The position numbers and the translations under genes were made by a program. The notes below the pieces were generated by a model that saw only the letters and a list, made by a program, of their open reading frames with translations, was not told where the DNA came from and did not search any database. Below are positions 28,272 to 40,165 of a DNA stretch of 64,000 nucleotides, piece by piece; within the stretch, counting starts at the first letter, position 1; each line of letters begins with the position of its first letter. Source of the stretch: Octopus bimaculoides (taxonomy: Eukaryota). Where the stretch lies: NCBI RefSeq assembly GCF_001194135.2, contig NC_068983.1, positions 11,579,035 through 11,643,034 of the forward strand, read 5' to 3'.

Positions 28272-28712
28272 TTCTTTTACTCTTTTACTTGTTTCAGTCA
28301 TTTGACTATGGCCATGCCGGAGCACCGCCTTTAGTCGAGCAAATCGACCCCAGGACTTATTCTTTGTAAGCCAAGTACTTATTCTATCGGTCTCTTTTGC
28401 CGAACCACNNNNNNNNNNGTAAGCCAAGTACTTATTCTATCGGTCTCTTTTGCCGAACCACTAAGATACGGGGACGTAAACACACCAGCATCGGTTGTCA
28501 AGCGATGTTGGGGGGGACAAACACAGATACACAAACATATACACATACATATATACAATGGGCTTCTTTCGGTTTCCGTCTACCAAATCCACTCACAAGG
28601 CTTTGGTCGGCCTGAGGCTATAGTAGAAGACATTTGCCCAAGGTGCCACGCAGTGGGACTGAACCCGGAACTATGTGGTTTGTAAGCAAGCTACTTACCA
28701 CACAACCACTCT
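28272..28712 (-). mobile_element. tRNA-derived SINE, family A, reverse orientation
   Basis: Reverse complement of the 7291 and 33928 copies. Contains a 10-N gap (28409-28418) with about 40 bp duplicated across it. Confidence 0.9.
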
Positions 28713-29027
28713 TATGCCTACGTTCATACTTATATTAAAAGCACATTAAGCAGCATTGTATGAAATATATTCATGTACCATCATATATAATATGTTCATT
28801 TTTATATACAAAGAGAGGAAGAGAGAGAGAGAGATAGAGAGTGAGGTGTAGACATAGCTGTGTGGCTAAGGTATCAGTTTCTCCACTTCGTGTTAAAAAA
28901 GTTAGCTTGGGGTTCAGTCCCATGGAGCACCACTCTGTGCAAGTGTCTTCTGGTATAGCTCTGGACTGACCAATATTTTGTGAATGAATTTGCTAAACAG
29001 AAACTGGAAGCCTGTTGTGTACGTGCA

Positions 29028-29058
<31 letters not shown>

Positions 29059-29299
29059 ATATATATTATAGTGTGTGTGTGTGTGTGTGTCATTGTGCAT
29101 GTTACGGTTTCCCTTCCTCGATATCACATGCTAATTGTAAATAAATATCACTGATATTAAGTAGAGCTGTTTGTTTTCAAACTCTAGTGAAAACATGTCT
29201 GGACTAGGGGAAAATATTAGTTTTCTTAAAGAATCAATCTACAGTAACTTGCCAAGCTTTTAGCAGTACTCAAAATATTTTTGTGTTAAGATCTAAATT

Positions 29300-29335
<36 letters not shown>

Positions 29336-30184
29336 GCACATGCACACACACACATTCAATGATGAAAGTGATGCATGAGTGCTCAACATATTACATGCAA
29401 TACAAAACCTTTTGGACCAGACCAACAATGCCAACCATGAAAGTAACAATGTGTAAAATAATGTTGTACTGTCTACAGATATCATCAAATATATTGGTTG
29501 TTGTTTAACCCCAGATAAGTCCTGACTGAGCTGACCAGTGATAAGAATCACTTCAGCAGTGACCAACCTTCCTTCATTTCTAAGTGCTAGGAACACAAAA
29601 CCACATTCTCTGTCATGTCCTTTTCTAAGATGACAGGGTGTAATTTGTGGGAGATCTGGCTGCCATTTCTAACAGTCTAGCAACCATGTAGAGGCTCTCT
29701 TATTGGCCCAATGACTTTTTTTTTTTTTGCAATGTGGTACATGTTGAATTACATTCAAGAATTTGTTTATAGTGGATGATATCTGTACGGAAGCCAATCC
29801 ATTCTTTTTATTTAAATCTTGTATTTGAACTGAGGAAAGGCTAAGCAATTAATACAATAATGGGTGAGTGCAGAACTGAATTTAGTGCATTTATTATTTA
29901 GCTATTTGCCAACTATAGAGGCTATGTCACTAAAGAGAGCTAGAAAGAAGAGCAAAAAAATAGGAAATTAAGAAACAAAATTAAAGAAAGATAAAATCTG
30001 AATGAGGTTGCAGAGCTGGAAGAAAGTTCATAAAATGATCTCTCCATGAATTTTAGTAGATGTTGATGGTAAATACTTAGAGTTCAGAGAAACATAAATG
30101 TGAAGGACACATACATATGATGTTCCAATTGGCCAAGTATATTTTTGTACCAGATTACAAGCTGAATAATAAATGCAATACTGT

Positions 30185-30343
30185 CTGTAAAGTGGTTGAC
30201 ATTAGGAAGGGCATCCAGCTCTAGAAACCATGGCAAAGCAAATATTTGTGCTCAGTGCAGTCTTCTGGCTTGTTGGTTTCTGTGGAATCGTGCAACCCAT
30301 GCCAGCATAGAAGACAGACCTTAAAATGATGATGATGATGAGG

Positions 30344-30345
<2 letters not shown>
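30185..30345 (+). mobile_element. Short RTE-LINE 3' tail fragment
   Basis: agtggttgacattaggaagggcatccagct...caacccatgccagcatagaa...(atg)n, the same tail as 46100-46259. Confidence 0.7.
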
Positions 30346-30376
<31 letters not shown>

Positions 30377-30384
30377 TATATAAA

Positions 30385-30705
30385 GGGTAAGGACTTTGCT
30401 TCAGTCATGATTGTACATGGGATTGCACCTAGAAAGTTACAAACTGAGGCACAAGTCTGGGCAATGTTGCTTGTGAAAACCAACCTCTCCTCTCCACGTC
30501 ACCGGTGTTATCCAAGGGAAAGGCAAAGGCCATTACAGTTTGGCACCAGTGACATTGCAACTCACTTCTACAGCTGAGGAGACTGGAGCAATGTGAAATA
30601 AAGTGTCTTACTCAAGAACACAACACAAGGGTAGACCCTGAATCAAACTCACTACCTCATGATTGTGAGCCCAATGCTCTAACCACTGAGCCATGTGCCT
30701 TCATT
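30385..30705 (-). mobile_element. SINE family B-like element, reverse orientation
   Basis: Ends ...gtgtcttactcaagaacacaac...gctctaaccactgagccatgtgccttca, the reverse complement of the family B head. Confidence 0.65.
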
Positions 30706-32429
30706 TTGATATATTCATATCAAAGTAATATAATAACATGATTTTGCCATGTATTCACATATGTATACATTGTAATATTTGTAATTGTGAATATTTTTTT
30801 CAAATACATTTGAGCTCATTCAAATTCAAAGTATTAAAATATCACAACCAAAATAGAAACTGTGAGATGTTTCTGTTCTAAATGCTGTTCATAATCTAAA
30901 TGTATACAGCTGATTATTTAAGATACAACCTAATATTAAAGCATTTTTGAATGGTCACTCACTAAATCGTTTTTTACCAAAGTGTATAGCTATAGTCACA
31001 TAATAAGCCATTTTTATTGAAGTGTAAATTATGGCCACTCATAAAAATCATGTAACTTAATGTATCTAATAATCAATAATAATAATGTGTCTGATAATCA
31101 ATTATCCTTAGAGCTAGCATGAGTATCACTCACATCTCTGAGTTTTGTCTTTAAAAAACTAAATAATATACCATAGTGGACAACAGTGTGAATGGCTGGG
31201 AATCAAGACAAGATAAAAGATGTTGGTCACAATGTCAGTGAATAAGAAAACTCAATCTTTTATAATATATTAAGCTATTTTACATTCTCTCTGAATAAAA
31301 ATTAGGTATGAATTGACTGATAGGATCTGAGCCATGTATCTATTGCTAGTTAAGTGACCACATTAAAAATTAAATTATGGATCACCTGTTATTTTCGCTC
31401 CTTAAATTACATACTACAATGTTTTTTTATCTGATATTTTAACTGAACAATTTATCACTAACAGAAAGATGATACTTTACTAATGTCCAATACAGCAAAG
31501 GGTCTCACTTGTGGTTAATGTTTGCAATAAGAAACAACTCCATTAACAGCAAAAATTTTGATGTAAATGATGTTAGATATTATCAGTACCCAACAGACTC
31601 TCTGATAGTTCTTGATCCCCATATCTATCAACTTGCCAGAAAGAAGGAATGATAGGAATCTCTAGTATAATCAGCTGTAACATGGATGTCTAGCAAAAGA
31701 CAAATACATGACTTCAAGCCTCATTAGTCGGCTGCTTGATCCTTTTTGTCACAAATTCATACTTAAAATGCCTAATATCCAAAGTTTCTATTTTCCAACT
31801 TTCTTAATCACCTCCACCTTATCGTATATATATATTGACATTTTTCAAAACTGTTAATGACATAAATATTCCATTCTTATTTTTACCATTTATATTAATA
31901 TTTCCACACTTGTGTTAGTTGAATGGGTGCTGAAAATTTGGGTCTGTGCCTATTGTTGCTGAAATTATTTTTATAGCTGGATATCCTATAATAGTCAGAG
32001 TGGAACTAGTTGACAGCCAGTCAAACTGAAGCAAGCAGAATCTGTGCATTGCTCAGGGGCACAATACATTATATTTTCTGTCAAGAAGATTAAATCTTTA
32101 TTGATCTGTTTTTCAGAAATAGCAGGGAGTTAAAATTCTCAGAAAATTTTACTTAGGAAGTAAATTTATAGATGTAATGCAATTCTCAAAATACATAAAA
32201 AAAAATAGTTAGAACTAATGTTTTCCCCATATACATACCTATATATAAATACACACATAAAGGAAATATTTGATTTTCAATTTCAGATGAACCAATTTAT
32301 AGATTAAGCACGAGTGCTGTGAAAAATTGTGATAATAATGACACAGCTCCATAGAATAGCGTGCAGAGTTGAACAACAAGTGAAAGATACTGGCAAGCTA
32401 TGGTGAACAGCTTTCCATCTAGAACATAA

Positions 32430-32481
<52 letters not shown>

Positions 32482-33927
32482 AAAAAAAAATTAACAGAAA
32501 AGCACTAGTCTACTGTGAGAGATTTTAACACTTCATTTGAATGAATCCAGTGTCGAACTTCTTACTGCATCTAACTATAAACTTAGATAATAAAATACCA
32601 AAGGCTCTTTGTTTTGGTAAATAATTCATCATCTGAAGAACTTTGAGAACATTTTAAGCTATGTGAGCCCATTTTTTAAAACTTATGTTATAAGGTAAAA
32701 ACAGAATGTCATGCTAAATCTTTCAACTATGAAGTGTATTAAATGGTGTATATTTATTACAGTGGATCTTATTAATATATATTCTAAAGTTAGTGTAAGC
32801 TGCATTTATTTTGATGCATTCCTTCTGTTTATAGTTTTCAGTTTTGATACAATTTAATATTTTCTCCAGCAAAGATGATGATATTCAAAACCAAATAGTC
32901 TAGAAGGTTTTGCATCCAAAAGTGATTATACACAAACTTTTATATTAATAATAGAAAAGAATGAAGGAATTTAAATACATAAGTCTATCAAATTCTATTC
33001 CACTAAATTTTAAAAAATAATCTGATTAAAATACATTTATTTTATAGCATTTTCATGAACAAGTGATTATGTTCAGTATTTATTTTTAACTCTTAGAATA
33101 TTATTATAATCTTTTATGAAGTTTAATAATTATAGTAAGAATATGAGAATCGTTTAATTAAGTTAGACTGAGATTGAACTTGTGCAAATATTGAGTTGGC
33201 TTAATTCTCTAATGGTTCATAAAAAAAACTAACAACAATGGCACTCAATAATTATAGTTATATTATTGTTAACATTATACTTATATTATTCTATTATAGC
33301 TAACAAATAAGTACTTATTTCATACTTTATAGTTATGTATCAATCAAAATTGTAAAATGTAAATGAATGGATGTACATATGTAACACAAAAATAGCTCCA
33401 CTAAAACAACTATTGTGAGTGAAATGAAAAGTTTAGACTATTAATTTGAAAACACAGGAGAATTAAAGATAATTTTGGATAATGCTAGACTCTGTTAAAC
33501 CATTTAAAGCCCTAAAGAAGTTTATCATATTTTTTCAAAGATATAACACAAAAGGTTGCTAGAAATGAAACTGATAAGAAAAAGAACTGCTCAACACTTA
33601 CTCTAATAAATTAGAAAATTACTAATTTTAAATCTTACAACGAGAGATATTCAGTAACAGTACTTTGGAGCTGGCAAAAATCTTTACTCCAAAGTACTGT
33701 TGCTGAATACTTACTCTAATATTTTCTTAAAAAATAATTAACTGACAACAATTCATTCTCTGCTATTTTGATTCTGTTGTAAAAGATTTTACTAAACCAA
33801 GGAAATAATCATCCACAAAATACGCTTATTATTTTTACATCCATTTTTTATGTTTTCAGGGATTGAATATTTTTCTTTTTTTTTTTTCACTTTATAAGTA
33901 GAAAGTGAAATATATTTTATATCAAGT

Positions 33928-34087
33928 AGGAGTGGCTGTGTGGTAAGTAGCATGCTTACCATCCACATGGTTCTGGGTTCAGTCCCACTGTGTGGCACCT
34001 TGGGCAAGTGTCTTCTACTATAGCTTTGGGCCGACCAAAGCCTTGTGAGTGGATTTGGTAGATGGAAACTGAAAGAAGTCCGTCGTA

Positions 34088-34126
<39 letters not shown>

Positions 34127-34328
34127 CTGTGTTTGTCCCCCCCAACATCGCTTGACAACCGATGCTGGTGTGTTTACGTCCCCGTAACTTAGCGGTTCGG
34201 CAAAAGAGACCGATAGAATAAGTACCAGGCTTACAAAGAATAAGTCCTGGGGTCGATTTGCTCGACTAAAGGCAGTGCTCCAGCATGGCCACAATCAAAT
34301 GACTGAAACAAGTAAAAGAGTAAAAGGG
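33928..34328 (+). mobile_element. tRNA-derived SINE, family A, near full length
   Basis: High identity to the 7291 copy, including the gtaaaagagtaaaag tail. Confidence 0.9.
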
Positions 34329-36914
34329 TAAGTAGGCAAACTGGAGCAAGCAATAATATGCTTTGCAATAACTTTTACTCTAAGATTTAAGTCCCTGACT
34401 ATGTGGTTAACAGCAAAACAGTATCGCAGTAATTGTGCCTTCATCACTTCAACTGTTAAAGTGAACTGTAATACATGAAGTAATGAAGATTACCTACAAG
34501 AATTAGGATTAATTACATAACTCAGACATTCTACAAACATAAATGATAATCTACTTAATATGAATGTATTGTACGAACACTATAATGCTGCAGGCCTGAA
34601 GTGAGCATCTTGTAGAATGGTAAGCATTGAAAGGGATACTTAAAAGCACAGAAATATCAGTAGTTCTCTCAAATATCAGGTGCCCTCTCAAGACAAATAC
34701 CAAAGTATTACAGCATTCTTACAAAACATCCATGTTAAGTATGATGCAAAAGTTGCTATTCAGTAATAATACGACTTCTATTGCTAATATGTAATAAATG
34801 ATAATGTTTGGATAATTTACATCATATTTATTCTAAAGAATTTTCTAAAATATTATAAAATATTTTGAAATCATTCTGTATTTTAATGCAATAAAATATT
34901 TTATAGTTTTTGTATTTTATTTCATGCCAGCTTTTTCATGTTTGTGTAAATTGTAATTCAGAAATTTGCATTGATTTTATAGCTTAGTGTCCCTTTCAAT
35001 GTTTACCATTCTAAAATGGAGAGTAAAACCTTTATATTCACTAGGCTGATTGAGGCAAATAGAGGGGTGTAAGATTATTTCATTCAAATAAAATGCCAAA
35101 ACCACTACCTCGCTTGATTGAAAAAGCAGGTTGCATGTATATGTATGTGTATGTGCATGGCTGTGCACAAGAACAAAATAGCCACTTTCTGTTACAATAC
35201 AAAAGCAAAACAGCTTCAAGCAAGATAGGTTCTTACATGAATGACAAGAAAATATCTGATTAGAAGCTAGGTTGTATTGGCAATTATTTCCTATACCCTC
35301 TATAAAGTTACCCTTCACTTTACTAATGGCTGTCAGTCAATAACAATAATTTTGGGACCAGGAAAGCTGTGACTGTTAAACTTTTATCCAAATTGTCTAT
35401 TGTGAAACAACTGAATTTTAAACTGAATGGAAACAAGTATTTCATTTTAAAAAAAGTATTTGTGACTACTTGAGAATAAGCTTTAAATAAATTTACATAG
35501 AAATATTGTCATAAAATTTTGATGTAAATATAGTTTGCTTTGTAGGCCTGAAAAAAGCACATGATTGTATGGACAGTCTATAATGTTAGAGTGAAAAAGT
35601 AGAATCTGAGAAAACTGGTGATAGTCTGCATCAGCAAATAACAAGTTTAATAAATTATAGTTTATTAAGAAAAAATAAAAGGAATCTTTAATCTCTCAGG
35701 CAGGACCCTTCATTAATTCATCTTTCATAGATGAAGGATCCTCCTAAAACATTAAATTTCTTCTCTTTGTCATGGAGGATTACTCTGTTATATTTAATAT
35801 AAAATTGTTAAAGTAATGTTATTGTTAGTAATATAACTTGTATGTGTTAGTTATACTAGTTGAGGGTGTGAAGCAGTATCTAACTATTTAAAAATAGTTT
35901 ATTTTTCTATGTAAAATAATTCAAGTAATTTCACATAATGGACTTCATGTACAAATTTATTTGTTTGCCATGTCAGAGAGGTTAAAGGAATTAAGATGTG
36001 AATCAATACTCTTACAGGACTTTTACTAAAATGAGGAAATATATAACTATCAAAATGTGGTAAGCTAATACTTTAGACCCTGAGATAGATTCTGTTTTCT
36101 TTATACATATTTTTAATAAGATTCTAATTGATATTTTACAGAGCATGAACAAACTATAAAACACTATGTAAAATTAATGTTATTATTCTAGATGAAATGT
36201 AAGCTACTATTCTTGAAACAGATGTCAATTTATATATAAGCAAGCTTGCTTCTGTAATATCTGTCATAATACCTCATATACAGTTGAAAGAAAGATACAA
36301 AATGTCTACATGAATCACAAACATATAGTTGCTGCTTTGCCCTAGATTCATTGACAGTTTAGTAGATGAAAGACTTATCTCTTCTGAATAGGATACCACT
36401 CTAACATGAACAGAAGATCCTAGAATAACATCTAGATGCCACTTTGTAGTTGCTTGTGTTGCTATAGATAGCATTCAAATCTCCCTCAAATTACACTCTA
36501 CCATCTGAATGAAAGATACACTGGACAATATAATCCAATATATCTCTTTGTACTTTAGAAAAAGAAAAGTTAGTCATGGTTGGAATATCTGTGATTATAG
36601 GTCTGCTTGGTAAGGACCTAAACAACAATATTTCTGTGAACTATGCTCTTTAGAATTAAATGTCCTCTTAGAGACAATGAATAGTTCAGTGGCCTTGAGC
36701 TCACAAAACCAGAGCTGATCATTCAATATTTTCTCCTCAGAAAATTTCTGAAAAGAACAAATTCAGTTTAATATCTAATAATATAAAGCAATCAAACTTG
36801 GCTTATTGTTTTATTAGTACTACCTATGTTAGTAGCAAAGTTAAGTCTTTTCTCTTATAAGTTATTCCTAAAAATATGCTTTAAATTTAGTTTAGAAATT
36901 TGCTTCCTAAATAT

Positions 36915-37320
36915 GTGAATTTGGGTTCAGTCCCACTGTGTGGCACCTTGGGCAATCATCTAGTAAATTACCCTGGGCCAAACAAAAACTTGTGAGTGGA
37001 TTTGGTAAGCAGAAAAACTGAAAGAAGTGTGTGTATGTGTGTGTGTATGTCTGTGTGTGCACACATACATGTGCACATGTGTGTGTTCACTTGTTTTGAT
37101 ATTACATGATGATTGTAAATGAACATTGCTGTCATACAAGCAATGTTGTTCATCTTTAGTCTTCATGGAAAACATATCTGGCCATGCAAAATACTACCCT
37201 GGTTAGAAACAGCGAGGGTTGGCAACAAGAATGGTGCTCAACCATAGAAAATTTGCCTCAACAAATTCCAAACGACGCATACAAATATGGAAAAGTGGAT
37301 GTTAAATGATGATGGTGACT
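36915..37320 (+). mobile_element. Degenerate SINE family A-type head followed by an RTE-like tail
   Basis: gggttcagtcccactgtgtggcaccttgggcaa...gtgagtggatttggta; tail ...atggaaaagtggatgttaaatgatgat. Confidence 0.55.
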
Positions 37321-38378
37321 ATATTTAGAAGTTTAAATATTTATATTTGAATTTGATACAACTATTCACTGAATATGCTTTACTATGGAGTGTTGTTCAA
37401 ATCTGGATATGCGCAGGTCTTTTGATTATTGCAAAATATAATAATAAAAAAAAATATACGTATGATTGCTAAGCCTTTCCCCCCTAAGACCCTTCAGCTT
37501 GTACCCCCTCATCATGTATCTGTTATGTGTAACTTATTTTGAAGCTTTCTTAGAGTTTCATCTTCAATAATTGTTGGTTCTACTTGAACTGATCAGCTGC
37601 ACTCATTCTATTTTCAACACCTATGTTATTTTTCTTCCAAGACCATAAATTACTAATGCAACCTTTTATTCTGAGGGATTCAATCCTATAGAACTTCCAC
37701 TCTTTCAATATATTATGATCTTTCAAATTATAGAGTAATCAAGATGATCTTACACCTCACTTCTCAAATGTTTTATTCCACAAAAGACAAGTCTATCTAC
37801 AGTAAAGAATATTATTTCACTTGATTGTAGAAGACAAATTATTAATTAAATGCAGTTTTGTAATGTTTTGACTGTCTACACTTTCATAAAGGAAAATTAT
37901 TTTAAAAAGAATGGGTAGATTCTTATTTTATAAGCAAATTTTATAACCTGCTAGCATTAACATAAAATAGTGTCAACTTAACAGAGGCATGTTGTACATT
38001 CTTTAATCTCAAAATATACCAATACTAATAGAAAGCAAAATGTTATACACAATTAGTAATTAAAAATATTTTAAATCTGAATCATACTAGAAAGAGATTA
38101 GCTAAATAACAGTATTTGATAGGTATCATGCTAGAAATTTAAATTGAACTCCTAAAATATTTTCACTAAAGCACATTTAATAAAGCTATGTTTCACAAAG
38201 ATGGAATCACTGAGTTTGCAATTAAAATGCTTATAACCAAACTTTCTCTTTAAAAACAAACTTTTAACAACCAATTGATTTCATGAAAAGGGAAAAAAAT
38301 CCAAATGAAGTGAGCATTTAGCTACAAAGTAAACTAGTGCCTTTCTAGCCATTCCTGAATACTTCTGCATTGTTCTAC

Positions 38379-38701
38379 CTTGGCATGATCTTCATAAATT
38401 GTCTGATTACTACTGGACAAACCAGTGTCAATGCCGGAATCTTTTATTAGAGTTGGTTCAGAGCTTCCACTCTCTGTGTCCTCTGTGCTCTGACTTTCCC
38501 CAAGTAAACCAATATGTCGTTTAAATTTTGGCTGCTGCATGACAAGCTTAGAATTGGTACTGCAAACAGCACCACTGCTGACACTTGTTGCGTGAGATAC
38601 ACTTGCAGGAGGCCAACTGCCACTACATGACACACTTGCAGATACACGACTATGATATTGAGCTCCCAATGCAGTGGCAGCAGCAACACCTTCTGGTTCC
38701 C
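38379..38701 (-). CDS. RIMS: RIM alternative exon B (323 nt): (G)EPEGVAAATALG...SSEPTLIKDSGIDTGLSSSNQTIYEDHAK
   Basis: Acceptor ttctttgtttgtattttag|GG; donor AAG|gtagaa (weak). Phase 1 in, phase 0 out. EPTLIKDSGIDT resembles the recalled RIMS2 linker EPQIKDSGVDT. Lies inside track ORF 38334..38735. Confidence 0.8.
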
Positions 38702-40085
38702 CTAAAATACAAACAAAGAAAACAAGGACTAACAAAGGATTTAAAGCAAAATCAAGCTGAACAGATGGCTATATGACTGGTAAGTTGGTTGATTGACCAT
38801 CTTGGCTGCATACAGCTGCCATGCTCATTCAATTTGTTTATGCTCTGCCAACAAGTTTCTGACCAGTAGAACAATTTCTATCAATGATACGTTACTCAAA
38901 TCAAAATCCAATATTACGAAAGTAAAAATATAATTAAGGTTGTATAAAAGGCTGATTTATTAGTTTTTCATTGATTGCATTCACAATCGTCAATATTCTC
39001 CTGACCGAAGGATCACTCTTGAAGGAAGATAAAGGCAGGGAGAGGAGGGAGGTGAAAAGGTATAAGGAGAAAAATGAAAGTTGTATAGATATTATAGATA
39101 ATAACTTTAAAGATAAATCCAAATAAACAATTGCCCTTTCCACACTATATATTTACCTTACTTTTACAATAGAATGCTTACTTTTTATATTGATTAGTTT
39201 TGGATGAAGTGCTTACTTGGAGATTTTACCAAGTATTTTCACAACAGGATATTCTTCTTAAGACTATCCCCTTTTCATGAAAGGAAACATTTTATTACTT
39301 TAAGTTAAGGTTTAATGACACTAATGATAGAATACAATGATAGGATGACACTAATGATAGAATACATTTTAAGATCTGGGACAATCATAAATGGTTTAGC
39401 TTCCTGTACTATGATCTAGTTTGACCAGTGGAAATAACATCCCAGTCTTGAAACTATGCAAAATATGAAACTGTTAGTCAATTTATATTCTATTCATATA
39501 AATATATATTGGTGTGTTGAGAAGTGTGCTTACAACTGGAACTGATCTGTTCTGTAAAATTTAGAAATAATAACATAAAATAGTAGTCTCATAATGCTTA
39601 TTAAAAGAAGCAATGTAGGCAGATTAAATAAATTCTTTGTTTTATAATATATAGGTGACATAAAACAGAAAGAAAGAGAGACAGCAGGGATGGGGGGGGG
39701 GGAGGAAGGAAAAAGATATTTTTGTAATGTAATAAACCATTCGTTGCTGTGTAAAGAGAGTAAAGAAAAATGAACAAAAGATTAATTATAATGTGATTCA
39801 GCCTTTTCTTTTAAGAAAATGAAGCAAGAAGATAATAGTGGGCAATTATCTTCTTTTCCTTTTTTTTATCTTTTGTAAAGAAATAAATTTTTATCAATGA
39901 TGATATGATATAATTGTAATTTCGTTAAATTTTATGTTTAACTACTGGTCATAAAACTTGTCATCTACTCCTGTGCAAAACCATCAATAACTGACACACT
40001 ACATAAAAATTCAAATAAATCTGATTTTCAAGTTTGATTTGTTTGCAACAGCCAGTAGATGGCAGTATGCATGCACATAACTCAC

Positions 40086-40165
40086 CGATAGAAATTTTTT
40101 GATCTTAGCAGCAAGTATCTCATCCTTTTTCCAATGATCATCAGAAGTCAAGGCTTCAAAATCTC
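40086..40165 (-). CDS. RIMS: RIM alternative exon A (80 nt): (G)DFEALTSDDHWKKDEILAAKIKKFLS
   Basis: Acceptor gtttccattgttaccag|GA; strong donor TCG|gtgagt. Phase 1 in and phase 0 out joins SEKG to HPVTW without a stop. Too short for the ORF track; found by reading splice signals. Confidence 0.8.

Noticed and set aside
31500-31700. Possible third alternative exon (DIHVTADYTRDSYHSFFLA)
   Set aside because: It runs into TGA with only a weak donor in phase 1, which does not fit the phase-0 PDZ exon.
36016-36025. 10-nt segment between ttttag| and |gtaaga
   Set aside because: Not frame-preserving and starts with TAA in phase 0; no other support.
38934-39143. 69-aa minus-strand ORF with a pyrimidine tract between exons A and B
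   Set aside because: No convincing phase-compatible acceptor/donor pair and no recognisable motif.
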